Part shown: positions 37,365 through 45,798 of the stretch, piece by piece
How positions within the stretch are numbered: position 1 is the stretch's first letter
Layout of the letters: the number at the start of each line of letters is the position of its first letter
Origin: Dehalococcoidia bacterium
GTDB taxonomy: Bacteria > Chloroflexota > Dehalococcoidia > SZUA-161 > SpSt-899
Length of the DNA: 64,000 nucleotides
Direction: 5' to 3'
Assembly: GCA_041300025.1 (NCBI GenBank)
Contig: JBGLNL010000001.1
Coordinates: 427,888-491,887, forward strand
Translations under genes and position numbers: made by a program
The notes under the pieces: generated by a model
Database searches by the model: none
The model's input: the letters and a program-made list of their open reading frames with translations, nothing else
Told to the model about the DNA's origin: nothing

Positions 37365-39254
37365 ATGACAAATTCTGATATTGTTTTTCCTCACCTGTTC
37401 ACACCGGCGAAGATCGGTCGGCTGGAACTTAAAAACAGGATAGTCATGTCTCCTGTGGGAACGCGGCTGGCCGCTGACGGCATGGTAACCCCGGCTTTAA
37501 AAGAGTTTTATGCCACCCGGGCACGAGGCGGGGTGGGACTGATTGTGCTGGAGCCCTGCTTCATCGAGCCGGAAGGCGAGGGGAGGTTCCTTTTTCTCCA
37601 CGAAGACAGGTTCATCGATGGTTTGAGAGAACTGGTTAAGACAATTCATGGCTGCGGAGCCAGGATCGGAGTTCAACTCTTCCACGCCGGATGGAAACCG
37701 GGACAGAAGAACGCCCGATTCCTGCCCCCGATTTCACCGGCAGAATTATCGTTAGAGCGAATCAAATATCTCATCGCAAAATTTACCCTGTCTGCCCAGA
37801 GAGCGAAGAATGCCGGATTCGACCTCATCGAGATTCATGCAGCCCACGGGTATCTGCTCAGCCAGTTTCTTTCCCCGCTGGGAAACCGGCGAACTGACGA
37901 ATACGGGGGCGATGTGAGCGGACGGGCCAGATTTGTTCGGGAGATCATCCGGTCCGTCAGGAACGAAGTGGGTGTCGACTTCCCCTTGAGTTGTCGCATC
38001 AATGGGGCTGAAAATGTACCCGGAGGATCGACTATCGAGGATGCCAAATCCATAGCTCCGCTGCTGGCCGAAGCGGGCCTGAATTTAATCAGCGTATCGG
38101 CAGGAGCGATCGGTTCATATCCCCTGACTATCCCTCCCAGCGATACGCCGGAAGGGTGCTATACCAATCTGGCTGAAGGGGTCAGGGGCGTCGTGAGCGT
38201 TCCCGTAGTGACCGCCGGGCGGATCAACACCCCTCAACTGGCCGAGGATATACTGGCCTCCGGTAAAGCTGATCTCGTAGCCATTACCCGCGGACTGGTG
38301 GCCGATCCGGAATTGCCGAATAAATCTTTCGATGGTCAAGCGCATCGAATTTGCAAATGTATCGCCTGTAATACCTGCCTTGATACGGACTACGATGGCC
38401 ACATTGCCTGCACCGTCAATCCCCTCGCCGGTAGAGAGTCAGAGACGGATATCCACCCTGCCAGACAGTCCAAAGAGGTTGTTGTCGTTGGAGCCGGACT
38501 GGCCGGACTGGAGGCGGCAAGGGTGGCTGCCCTCAGGGGTCATAAAGTTACTCTATATGAGGCAGCAAATGAAATCGGGGGACAGTGGGTACTGGCAGCC
38601 AGACCTCCTTACAAGCAGGAATTCTTTGGACTGGTTGACTGGCTCTCCAGCGAGTTAGAGGTACTTGGCGTGAGGGTGATATGCGATCATTTGGTCAATG
38701 CTGAAGAGGTTGCAGAATGGAACCCTGATGCAGTAATATTAGCCACCGGTGCCATACCGCTGGTGCCTTTGATTCCCGGTTTTGAGCGCGAAGGGGTGTT
38801 GACTGCATGGGAAGTGCTGCAGAACGTCCCGGTCGGTGATCGGGCGCTGGTGGTCGGCGGTGGGGCCACCGGGCTGGAAACGGCGGAGTTTATAGCCGAA
38901 CAGGGGAAAAAAGTGACAGTGGTCGAAATGCTTAAGTCTTTCGGTATGGATATGGGTGGAACGGTTTACTTCCATCTGAGGCACCGCCTCAAAAAACTGG
39001 GAATAGAGATGATAAAGGAAACCGAAGTAAAGGGAATAAGCGATTCCGGCATCAGGGTGATCAGGGAGGGCAGGGAAGAAACATGGGGAGGATTCGATAC
39101 CTTCGTGCTGGCACTCGGGGTGAAATCCCGAAACGAGCTGGCGGAGGAACTCGAAGGGAAAGTCGGCCAAATGTATGTAATCGGTGATGCGGCCATTCCC
39201 GGAAATGCAGCCAATGCCATGAGGCAGGGTTTCGAAATCGGCATGATGATCTGA
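37365..39254 (+). CDS. OYE-family FMN / [4Fe-4S] / FAD-NAD(P) oxidoreductase (2,4-dienoyl-CoA reductase architecture)
   Basis: IEIHAAHGYLLSQFLSP (OYE), CIACNTCLD, VVVVGAGLAGLEAA and LVVGGGATGLETA dinucleotide folds. The start is uncertain (TTG at 37314 or ATG at 37365). Confidence 0.85.
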   Translation: MTNSDIVFPHLFTPAKIGRLELKNRIVMSPVGTRLAADGMVTPALKEFYATRARGGVGLIVLEPCFIEPEGEGRFLFLHEDRFIDGLRELVKTIHGCGARIGVQLFHAGWKPGQKNARFLPPISPAELSLERIKYLIAKFTLSAQRAKNAGFDLIEIHAAHGYLLSQFLSPLGNRRTDEYGGDVSGRARFVREIIRSVRNEVGVDFPLSCRINGAENVPGGSTIEDAKSIAPLLAEAGLNLISVSAGAIGSYPLTIPPSDTPEGCYTNLAEGVRGVVSVPVVTAGRINTPQLAEDILASGKADLVAITRGLVADPELPNKSFDGQAHRICKCIACNTCLDTDYDGHIACTVNPLAGRESETDIHPARQSKEVVVVGAGLAGLEAARVAALRGHKVTLYEAANEIGGQWVLAARPPYKQEFFGLVDWLSSELEVLGVRVICDHLVNAEEVAEWNPDAVILATGAIPLVPLIPGFEREGVLTAWEVLQNVPVGDRALVVGGGATGLETAEFIAEQGKKVTVVEMLKSFGMDMGGTVYFHLRHRLKKLGIEMIKETEVKGISDSGIRVIREGREETWGGFDTFVLALGVKSRNELAEELEGKVGQMYVIGDAAIPGNAANAMRQGFEIGMMI

Positions 39255-39441
39255 ACTTCTCCTCTGGATTCACGCCGGAGTTTATCCCGTGCTCGATGGG
39301 GGTTGGGAATGACACGACAGGCGATTGTATCCGCATTCCAAGTGCCGGATCAATAACCAATAATTTAAACATGCTCATTTGCAAATAATGCGGACTGTTA
39401 CTTCGAACAAAGGGGATTCGTCATGTATGGGGGATTAAATA

Positions 39442-39951
39442 ATGGCTGATATGGCCGGTGGCGTCGTTCTGCTTCGTGAGGTCCAGCACTTCCGTCAGTT
39501 GTGGCTATGGTTGATGATCGTAATTGTTCCGATTGCCTGCCTTATCTCTATTCTCGATGTTATTGTTTTCGACAAATGCTCGGACCCCGCCTCAGCCTCG
39601 AGCATTGCTACTCTCATTATCGGCATAATTTTAGGCATTGGTATACCGTGGCTGATGTATGTAACCAACCTCACCACCGAAGTTCGCACCGATGGCATAT
39701 ATATCCGCTATTTCCCCTTTCACCGTTCTTTTAGAAAGGTTTCTCAAGAGATTACCCGATGCGAAATCAGGAAATATAATCCTATTAGGGAATACGGGGG
39801 ATGGGGCATCAGGGGTTTCAAAAGCGACCGGGCTTACAACGTGAGCGGTGATATGGGCATACAATTGACCTACAGCGATGGAAATAAGCTTCTTATCGGC
39901 ACCCATCGACCGGATGAACTCCTTTCTGCCATCCGGTCTATTCATAAGTAG
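39442..39951 (+). CDS. hypothetical membrane protein (two N-terminal TM helices plus a soluble C-terminal domain)
   Basis: 169-aa ORF with hydrophobic segments LWLWLMIVIVPIACLISILDV and TLIIGIILGIGIPWLMYV. Confidence 0.5.
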   Translation: MADMAGGVVLLREVQHFRQLWLWLMIVIVPIACLISILDVIVFDKCSDPASASSIATLIIGIILGIGIPWLMYVTNLTTEVRTDGIYIRYFPFHRSFRKVSQEITRCEIRKYNPIREYGGWGIRGFKSDRAYNVSGDMGIQLTYSDGNKLLIGTHRPDELLSAIRSIHK

Positions 39952-40212
39952 CCCCGAAAGGTGCTGGGTGGGCGCTATTGCCTTAATCAGATGCCCCATT
40001 GTATAATCTTTCTTGGCGTGCGAAAAATGCAGGCAATACCTGTTTCCCAAATTTCTGTTGCTTCAACTGCAAGGGCTTTCCTGACAGAAGAATCCGGAAA
40101 AATGCCCTCATTTATCTCTCCTTATCAGGTTCAATCAATACTTCAATGAGCTATAGTTGCGGCTTCTGTGCGCTGGCAGAAAATCTAATTCCAAATAAGA
40201 GGAGGTCAAAAT

Positions 40213-41121
40213 ATGACGGCAAAGATAATCTCAGGAACTGAGGTGGCCAAGGAGATCCGGGCTGAACTGATCGAGAGAGTCAAGAAATGCAAGGAAAGAG
40301 GTGTGACTCCCGGTCTGGTGATCATCCGCGTGGGAGATGATCCCGCGTCCGTTTCCTATGTCACCGGCAAGGAAACAGCGGCCGAGGAAGTTGGCATCTG
40401 GTCAGAGACATATGTCCTGCCGGAGACAGCCACCGAAAAAGAGCTGCTGACCAAAGTTAAGGAAATGAATAAGGCCAAGCACGTGGACGGTATTCTGGTT
40501 CAGTTACCTGTTCCCAAACATATAAATGCGGATAAAGTTCTCAATCTGATCGATCCGGCCAAAGATGTGGACGGATTCCATCCCATCAATGTCGGCAAGA
40601 TGCTCATCGGCGATCCGTTTTTCATGCCATGCACTCCATATGGTGCGGTGGAATTAATGATCCGCAGCGGCAACCCGCCTGATGGCAAGCATGTGGTGAT
40701 TTGCGGGCGTTCTAATATCGTGGGCAAGCCGCTCATGGCCATGCTCGTTCAGAAGAACAATCGCGGCAACGCCACCGTCACCGTGGTTCACACTGGCACC
40801 AAAGATATGGCCAAGTATACCCGCCAGGCCGATATTCTGGTAGCCTGTATGGGGTCGCCCGAAGTCATCAAGGCGGATATGGTCAAAGAAGGCGCTGTGG
40901 TGATCGATGTTGGCGTCAACCGGGTTGGCATGAAACCTTCCAAAAATGACCCGAACAAAATGGTAGCTGACCTGCGTGGCGATGTTGATTTTGGCCCGGT
41001 CAGTAAAAAGGCCAGCGCTATTACCCCGGTTCCGGGTGGTGTCGGGCCGATGACCATCACCATCCTGATGCAAAATACCGTCGTCGCGGCGGAGCGACGC
41101 GCGGGTATCAAACGTGAATAA
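40213..41121 (+). CDS. folD: bifunctional methylenetetrahydrofolate dehydrogenase/methenyl-THF cyclohydrolase
   Basis: VQLPVPKHI and GRSNIVGKPLMAML motifs. RBS aagaggaggtcaaaatATG. Confidence 0.92.
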   Translation: MTAKIISGTEVAKEIRAELIERVKKCKERGVTPGLVIIRVGDDPASVSYVTGKETAAEEVGIWSETYVLPETATEKELLTKVKEMNKAKHVDGILVQLPVPKHINADKVLNLIDPAKDVDGFHPINVGKMLIGDPFFMPCTPYGAVELMIRSGNPPDGKHVVICGRSNIVGKPLMAMLVQKNNRGNATVTVVHTGTKDMAKYTRQADILVACMGSPEVIKADMVKEGAVVIDVGVNRVGMKPSKNDPNKMVADLRGDVDFGPVSKKASAITPVPGGVGPMTITILMQNTVVAAERRAGIKRE

Positions 41122-41148
41122 ATGTCTTTGTGGCATTAAGGAAAAGTC

Positions 41149-41835
41149 GTGAGAATATCATTCCTGCTGATTACATTAGGTCTATTGATAACCGCATTGG
41201 GTGTGGGAGCCTGTGCCTGCGGTAGTGATGGCCAAACAGGTGGCTCTGCGGATACCGGCCCCGGGCACTGTCCGATACTTCAGGAAGGTGATCAATGGGA
41301 ATATCGGGCATTTGATGGCGAGAATGAATATCATACTACTCTCACGGTAATTGATATAGGGAAGTACCACAAGATCAAGATGGAGATTGATCCTCCGCTT
41401 GAGGGAATTATCAGTGAGACAATCGCTGAATTTGATAAGAATACACTGCTCCCCGTCTCAATGAGTATGGTGGGAAAGGAAATGGGAGTTTCCATTTCCC
41501 TTGAGACAGAGGCAACTTACGAAATTTCGGGCCAGAGATGGCCGTTGGAAGTCGGTAAAGAGATTGAGATAACCGAATCGACAGTTACGACGATTGATGT
41601 TGGAGGGGAAATATCCACTGAGAGCGAAACGAAAACTACCACGCATGTAGTGGAGGCAATAGAGGAAGTTACTGTCGAAGCCGGGACTTTTGAGTGCTTC
41701 AGGATGGCAACGTTCGACGAGTCCGGTGATAAAATATCAGTTTCCTGGCATTCGGACGAAGTAAAGACCCAGGTAAAGGAAATTGATTATGAAACTGGGG
41801 AAACACAGGAGTTGATAGATTTCTCGGTCAAATAA
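41149..41835 (+). CDS. hypothetical lipoprotein
   Basis: GTG start. Signal peptide with LGVGAC lipobox-like Cys. Acidic beta-rich body. Confidence 0.5.
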   Translation: MRISFLLITLGLLITALGVGACACGSDGQTGGSADTGPGHCPILQEGDQWEYRAFDGENEYHTTLTVIDIGKYHKIKMEIDPPLEGIISETIAEFDKNTLLPVSMSMVGKEMGVSISLETEATYEISGQRWPLEVGKEIEITESTVTTIDVGGEISTESETKTTTHVVEAIEEVTVEAGTFECFRMATFDESGDKISVSWHSDEVKTQVKEIDYETGETQELIDFSVK

Positions 41836-41903
41836 GGATTAAGTGATTTAGTGAATACTGCTCTTGAATGGGCGATTCGATAATATAAGGAGGAATACCA
41901 TAG

Positions 41904-43667
41904 ATGCCATACGATGCAACTAAAATGGCCGACTGGCAGATCTCGGAAGCGGCCGAGGTGAACATGCCTACCCCCGAACAGTGGGGAGAAAAGCTGGGAC
42001 TGAAGAAGGACGAAATCCTTCCCATGGGCAGATTGGCCAAGCTTGATTTCCTGAAGATAATCGAAAGGGTCAAGAATAAACCAGATGGCAAGTATATCGA
42101 TGTAACTGCCATCACTCCAACCCCGCTTGGCGAAGGCAAGAGCACCACATCCCTCGGTTTGATCGAGGGTCTGGGCAAGCGCGGCAAAACAGTGGGAGGC
42201 GCTCTGCGGCAACCATCCGGCGGCCCCACCATGAACGTCAAGGGAACCGCGGCCGGTGGCGGCAATGCGCTTCTCATCCCCATGACCGAGTTCTCTCTCG
42301 GATTGACGGGAGATATCAACGACATTATGAATGCTCATAATCTGGCGATGGTCGCGCTCACTGCCCGCATGCAACATGAGCGCAACTACACCGATGAGCA
42401 ACTTCAGAGGCTCAGCGGCATGCGCCGGCTTGATATCGATCCCACCCGTGTAGAGATGGGTTGGGTGATGGATTTTTGTGCTCAGTCTCTTCGGAACATT
42501 GTAATCGGGCTTGGCGGAAAGCAGGATGGCTATACCATGCAGTCCAAGTTCGGGATTGCAGTTGGTTCCGAGTGCATGGCTATCCTTGCTGTAATACGGG
42601 ATTTGGCTGATCTCAAGAAGCGGCTTAATGAGATCACCGTAGCTTTCGACAAGACCGGTAAGCCCGTCACCACCGGCGATCTTGAGGTGGGCAATGCCAT
42701 GTGCGCTTTCATGCGCAATACCATCAATCCCACACTCATGTCCAGTGCTGAGTATCAGCCGGTTCTCGTGCACGCCGGCCCGTTTGCCAATATTGCTATC
42801 GGCCAATCCTCCATCATTGCTGACCGGATCGGCCTCAAGATGTGGGACTATCACGTGACGGAAAGCGGCTTTGCGGCGGATATTGGCTTTGAGAAATTCT
42901 GGAATGTGAAATGCCGCTATTCGGGACTCAAACCCCATGTGGCGGTGCTCGTTGCCACCATTCGTGCCCTTAAGATGCATGGCGGCGGTCCCAAGGTGAT
43001 TCCGGGCGTGAAGTTGCCTGAAGCTTATACCAAGGAGAATCTTGCACTCGTCGAGAAGGGTTGCGAGAACATGGTTCACCTCATTGGTGTAATTCGCAAG
43101 TCGGGAATCAAGCCGGTGGTGTGCATCAACCGGTTCTACACCGATACTGATGCCGAAGTGGCTATGGTCAAGAAAATTGCCGAAAAGGCGGGCGCGCGTT
43201 GTGCTCCATCTGAGCACTGGCTCAAGGGCGGCGAAGGCGCTCTTGAACTTGCAGATGCGGTTATCGATGCGTGCAACGAGAAGAACAATTTCAATTTCCT
43301 CTATCCTCTTGATATGAAGTTGCGGGATCGAGTGGCGACGATCGCCAAGGAAATTTACGGTGCCGATGGCGTTTCGTGGAGCGCCGATGCTGAGGCCAAG
43401 GCCAAGATGCTTGAGGGCGATCCCAAGTACGCGGACTATGCCACCATGATGGTGAAGACTCACCTTAGTTTGACCCATGAACCCACATTGAAGGGTGTTC
43501 CCAAGGGGTGGACGTTGCCCATCCGCGATGTGTTGATCTACTCCGGCGCCAAGTTCCTCTGCCCGATGGCCGGGACCATCAGCCTTATGCCCGGAACCGG
43601 TTCCGATCCGGCTCTGCGCCGAATTGATGTTGATGTGAATACAGGGAAGGTCAGCGGACTTTTCTAG
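41904..43667 (+). CDS. fhs: formate--tetrahydrofolate ligase
   Basis: [16 protein letters not shown]-loop. 587 aa, FTHFS-like throughout. The 627-aa minus-strand ORF is its antisense shadow. Confidence 0.95.
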   Translation: MPYDATKMADWQISEAAEVNMPTPEQWGEKLGLKKDEILPMGRLAKLDFLKIIERVKNKPDGKYIDVTAITPTPLGEGKSTTSLGLIEGLGKRGKTVGGALRQPSGGPTMNVKGTAAGGGNALLIPMTEFSLGLTGDINDIMNAHNLAMVALTARMQHERNYTDEQLQRLSGMRRLDIDPTRVEMGWVMDFCAQSLRNIVIGLGGKQDGYTMQSKFGIAVGSECMAILAVIRDLADLKKRLNEITVAFDKTGKPVTTGDLEVGNAMCAFMRNTINPTLMSSAEYQPVLVHAGPFANIAIGQSSIIADRIGLKMWDYHVTESGFAADIGFEKFWNVKCRYSGLKPHVAVLVATIRALKMHGGGPKVIPGVKLPEAYTKENLALVEKGCENMVHLIGVIRKSGIKPVVCINRFYTDTDAEVAMVKKIAEKAGARCAPSEHWLKGGEGALELADAVIDACNEKNNFNFLYPLDMKLRDRVATIAKEIYGADGVSWSADAEAKAKMLEGDPKYADYATMMVKTHLSLTHEPTLKGVPKGWTLPIRDVLIYSGAKFLCPMAGTISLMPGTGSDPALRRIDVDVNTGKVSGLF

Positions 43668-43678
43668 CAAAGGAGGGT

Positions 43679-43885
43679 ATGCTTGCCGGATTCGCCTTCC
43701 TTCCGATTTCAGCCTGGCTCTATCACGAAGAAATGGCTATTGTAATAACGTTCGCAGCTCTCCTCTTTTTGATCGTCTTCCGCAGGCTGACCGCCGACCT
43801 TGGGCCGGAAATCCGAAGTGGACTTAAAACCAGCCTGGCATCTGTCCTTTGGAACCGGTTCCTCTACGACCGCAGCTATTACTAA
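43679..43885 (+). CDS. hypothetical small membrane protein
   Basis: 68 aa with two hydrophobic segments and AGGAGG immediately upstream. Function unknown. Confidence 0.35.
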   Translation: MLAGFAFLPISAWLYHEEMAIVITFAALLFLIVFRRLTADLGPEIRSGLKTSLASVLWNRFLYDRSYY

Positions 43886-43894
43886 GGAACCTTG

Positions 43895-43945
43895 TGAATA
43901 AGTGATGACTTCGGGAGTCTGGGGGTGTTCTCCAGTCGTCGTTGC
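43895..43945 (-). repeat. G5/C5-hairpin repeat, copy D (partial, tail module only)
   Basis: The reverse complement ctggagaacacccccagactcccgaagtcatcacttattc matches the 3' part of copy A (ctgggggacacccccagacccccgaagtcaccacttattc). Confidence 0.7.
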
Positions 43946-44013
43946 CCGCTTTCATTCCCTGTGCTATAGTTAATCTGTCCTTTGAATTACCCCGCCTTTT
44001 TAGGAGGATATAA

Positions 44014-44808
44014 GTGGATTTTGAGACTATCAAGCTGGAAAAGACCAACCATATTGCCACTCTAATCCTCAACCGCCCCGACAGAGCCAACTCCGTAAAC
44101 TGGAAAATGATGGAGGAGCTCAATTCTGCCCTTGATGATCTGGGAAAGGATGAAAACCTCCGAGTACTGATAATCACCGGATCAGGGGAAAAAGCATTCT
44201 GCGGCGGCGGAGATATTGCCGATGAGGATATGTATGCCTCGTGGGACATGGAAAAAATGCGCAAGTGGGTACGGAAGACCGCATGCGCCATCACCGAGAA
44301 AATAAGGAACATGCCGGTGCCCACCATCGCTTCTATCAACGGGATCGCCGTTGGCGGCGGATTCGACTGGTCCTGCGCCGCCGATATTCGCATCGGTTGC
44401 GAAAGAACCCGGTTCATGTCCGCCCAGATTAAGACCGCCCTCGTCCCCGATTCCGGCGCCTGTTATCTTCTCCCACGTATAATCCGGCTGGACAAAGCAC
44501 TGGAAATACTCTATACCGGCGACTGGATAAGCGCAGACGAAGCATTCGATCTGGGAATCCTGACCAGACTGGTTTCTTCTGCAAATCTGGTTCAGGAAAC
44601 CAATGCACTGGCCATGAGAATTGCCAAAAGCCCCCCCATCGTCACCCGTTATGTCAAGCAACTGGTTTACAGGGGATTGGATAGTGACCTGTCAACAGCT
44701 CTCGAAATGACAGCCGCCATGACTGCCATGACAATGTTTACACAAGATCATGAAGAAGGGGTGGCCGCCTGGAAAGGGAAACGCGAGCCGGATTATCAGG
44801 GCAAATAA
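44014..44808 (+). CDS. enoyl-CoA hydratase/isomerase (crotonase) family protein
   Basis: GTG start with AGGAGG upstream. EKAFCGGGDI motif. 264 aa. Confidence 0.88.
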   Translation: MDFETIKLEKTNHIATLILNRPDRANSVNWKMMEELNSALDDLGKDENLRVLIITGSGEKAFCGGGDIADEDMYASWDMEKMRKWVRKTACAITEKIRNMPVPTIASINGIAVGGGFDWSCAADIRIGCERTRFMSAQIKTALVPDSGACYLLPRIIRLDKALEILYTGDWISADEAFDLGILTRLVSSANLVQETNALAMRIAKSPPIVTRYVKQLVYRGLDSDLSTALEMTAAMTAMTMFTQDHEEGVAAWKGKREPDYQGK

Positions 44809-44838
44809 TTACCACCACCCCAAAACATCAATGGAGGT

Positions 44839-45786
44839 ATGAAATTGGCTGAAGAATTGAGAGTATTTACCGGAAACACGCATCCTGAACTGGCACACGC
44901 AGTCTGCAAATATCTGGGAATTACGCCCGGGCAGATAGATGTATTCCAGTTCAGCAACGAAAATACATTTGTCCGCATTTTGGAAAATGTGCGAGGACGT
45001 GATGTGTTCATCATTCAGCCAATAAGCAGCCCGGTAAACCGCAGCCTGATGGAACTCCTGATCATGATTGACGCTGCCAAAAGGGCTTCCGCCGGAAGGA
45101 TTACTGCCACAATCCCCTATTACGGATACTCCCGCACCGACAAGAAAGACCAGCCCCGCGTGCCTGTCACCGCGCGTCTGGTCGCCGACCTGATAACAGT
45201 TGCCGGGGCCAACCGCGTGCTTACTCTCGATTTGCATGCCGGCCAGATACAAGGATTCTTTAACATCCCGGTGGACGAACTGACTGCGCTCTACATCCTC
45301 TGCGACTATTTCGAAAATAAAAAACTGGATAATGTGGTAGTGGTAGCCACAGATGTGGGTATTTCCAAACGAGCCCGCGACATGGCCGAACGCCTCAAAC
45401 GCCCGCTGGCCATCATCGAGAAAAGGCGTATCGATAATCATGACAATACTGAAATCCAGCGCGTTATCGGTGACGTCCAGAACTGTAATGCCATCCTCTT
45501 CGACGACGAAATTGATACAGCCGGATCGATAACCTCCGCCGCCGCCGCTCTTACTAAATATGGGGCTAAAGAAGTATATGCCTGCTGTACACATCCCATC
45601 CTTTCCGAACCGGCAATAGAAAGGATAGCCAAAAGCACTTTGAAGGAAGTGGTAGTTACCGATAGCGTCCCGGTACCGGAATCAAAAAGGCTGGATAAAA
45701 TAACGGTCATCCCCCTTGCTCCGGTTATCGGAGAGGCAATCCACCGCATTCATGCCAACCTCTCAATAGGAGCAATGTTCCACTAG
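44839..45786 (+). CDS. prs: ribose-phosphate pyrophosphokinase
   Basis: YYGYSRTDKK, DLHAGQIQGFF and the PRPP-binding region DDEIDTAGS. Confidence 0.95.
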   Translation: MKLAEELRVFTGNTHPELAHAVCKYLGITPGQIDVFQFSNENTFVRILENVRGRDVFIIQPISSPVNRSLMELLIMIDAAKRASAGRITATIPYYGYSRTDKKDQPRVPVTARLVADLITVAGANRVLTLDLHAGQIQGFFNIPVDELTALYILCDYFENKKLDNVVVVATDVGISKRARDMAERLKRPLAIIEKRRIDNHDNTEIQRVIGDVQNCNAILFDDEIDTAGSITSAAAALTKYGAKEVYACCTHPILSEPAIERIAKSTLKEVVVTDSVPVPESKRLDKITVIPLAPVIGEAIHRIHANLSIGAMFH

Positions 45787-45798
45787 ATCGAGGCAGCA

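Noticed and set aside
39983-40111. 42-codon minus-strand ORF (MRAFFRILLSGKPLQ...) with an AAGGAGAG upstream, in the gap before folD
   Set aside because: No family resemblance, and the basic, low-complexity composition is consistent with chance. Kept only as a note.
41787-43670. 627-aa ORF on the minus strand, the longest ORF in this region
   Set aside because: It lies exactly opposite the unmistakable formate-THF ligase gene (41904-43667). Its sequence is low-complexity and Gly/His/Ala/Arg-rich with no family resemblance, so it is an antisense shadow ORF.
43670-44013. A hidden junction predicted near 43.7 kb from the roughly 9.8-kb spacing of the other breakpoints
   Set aside because: No gene is visibly truncated here. 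The only hints are a partial repeat copy (43895-43945) and an uncharacterisable 68-aa ORF, so it cannot be supported from sequence alone.
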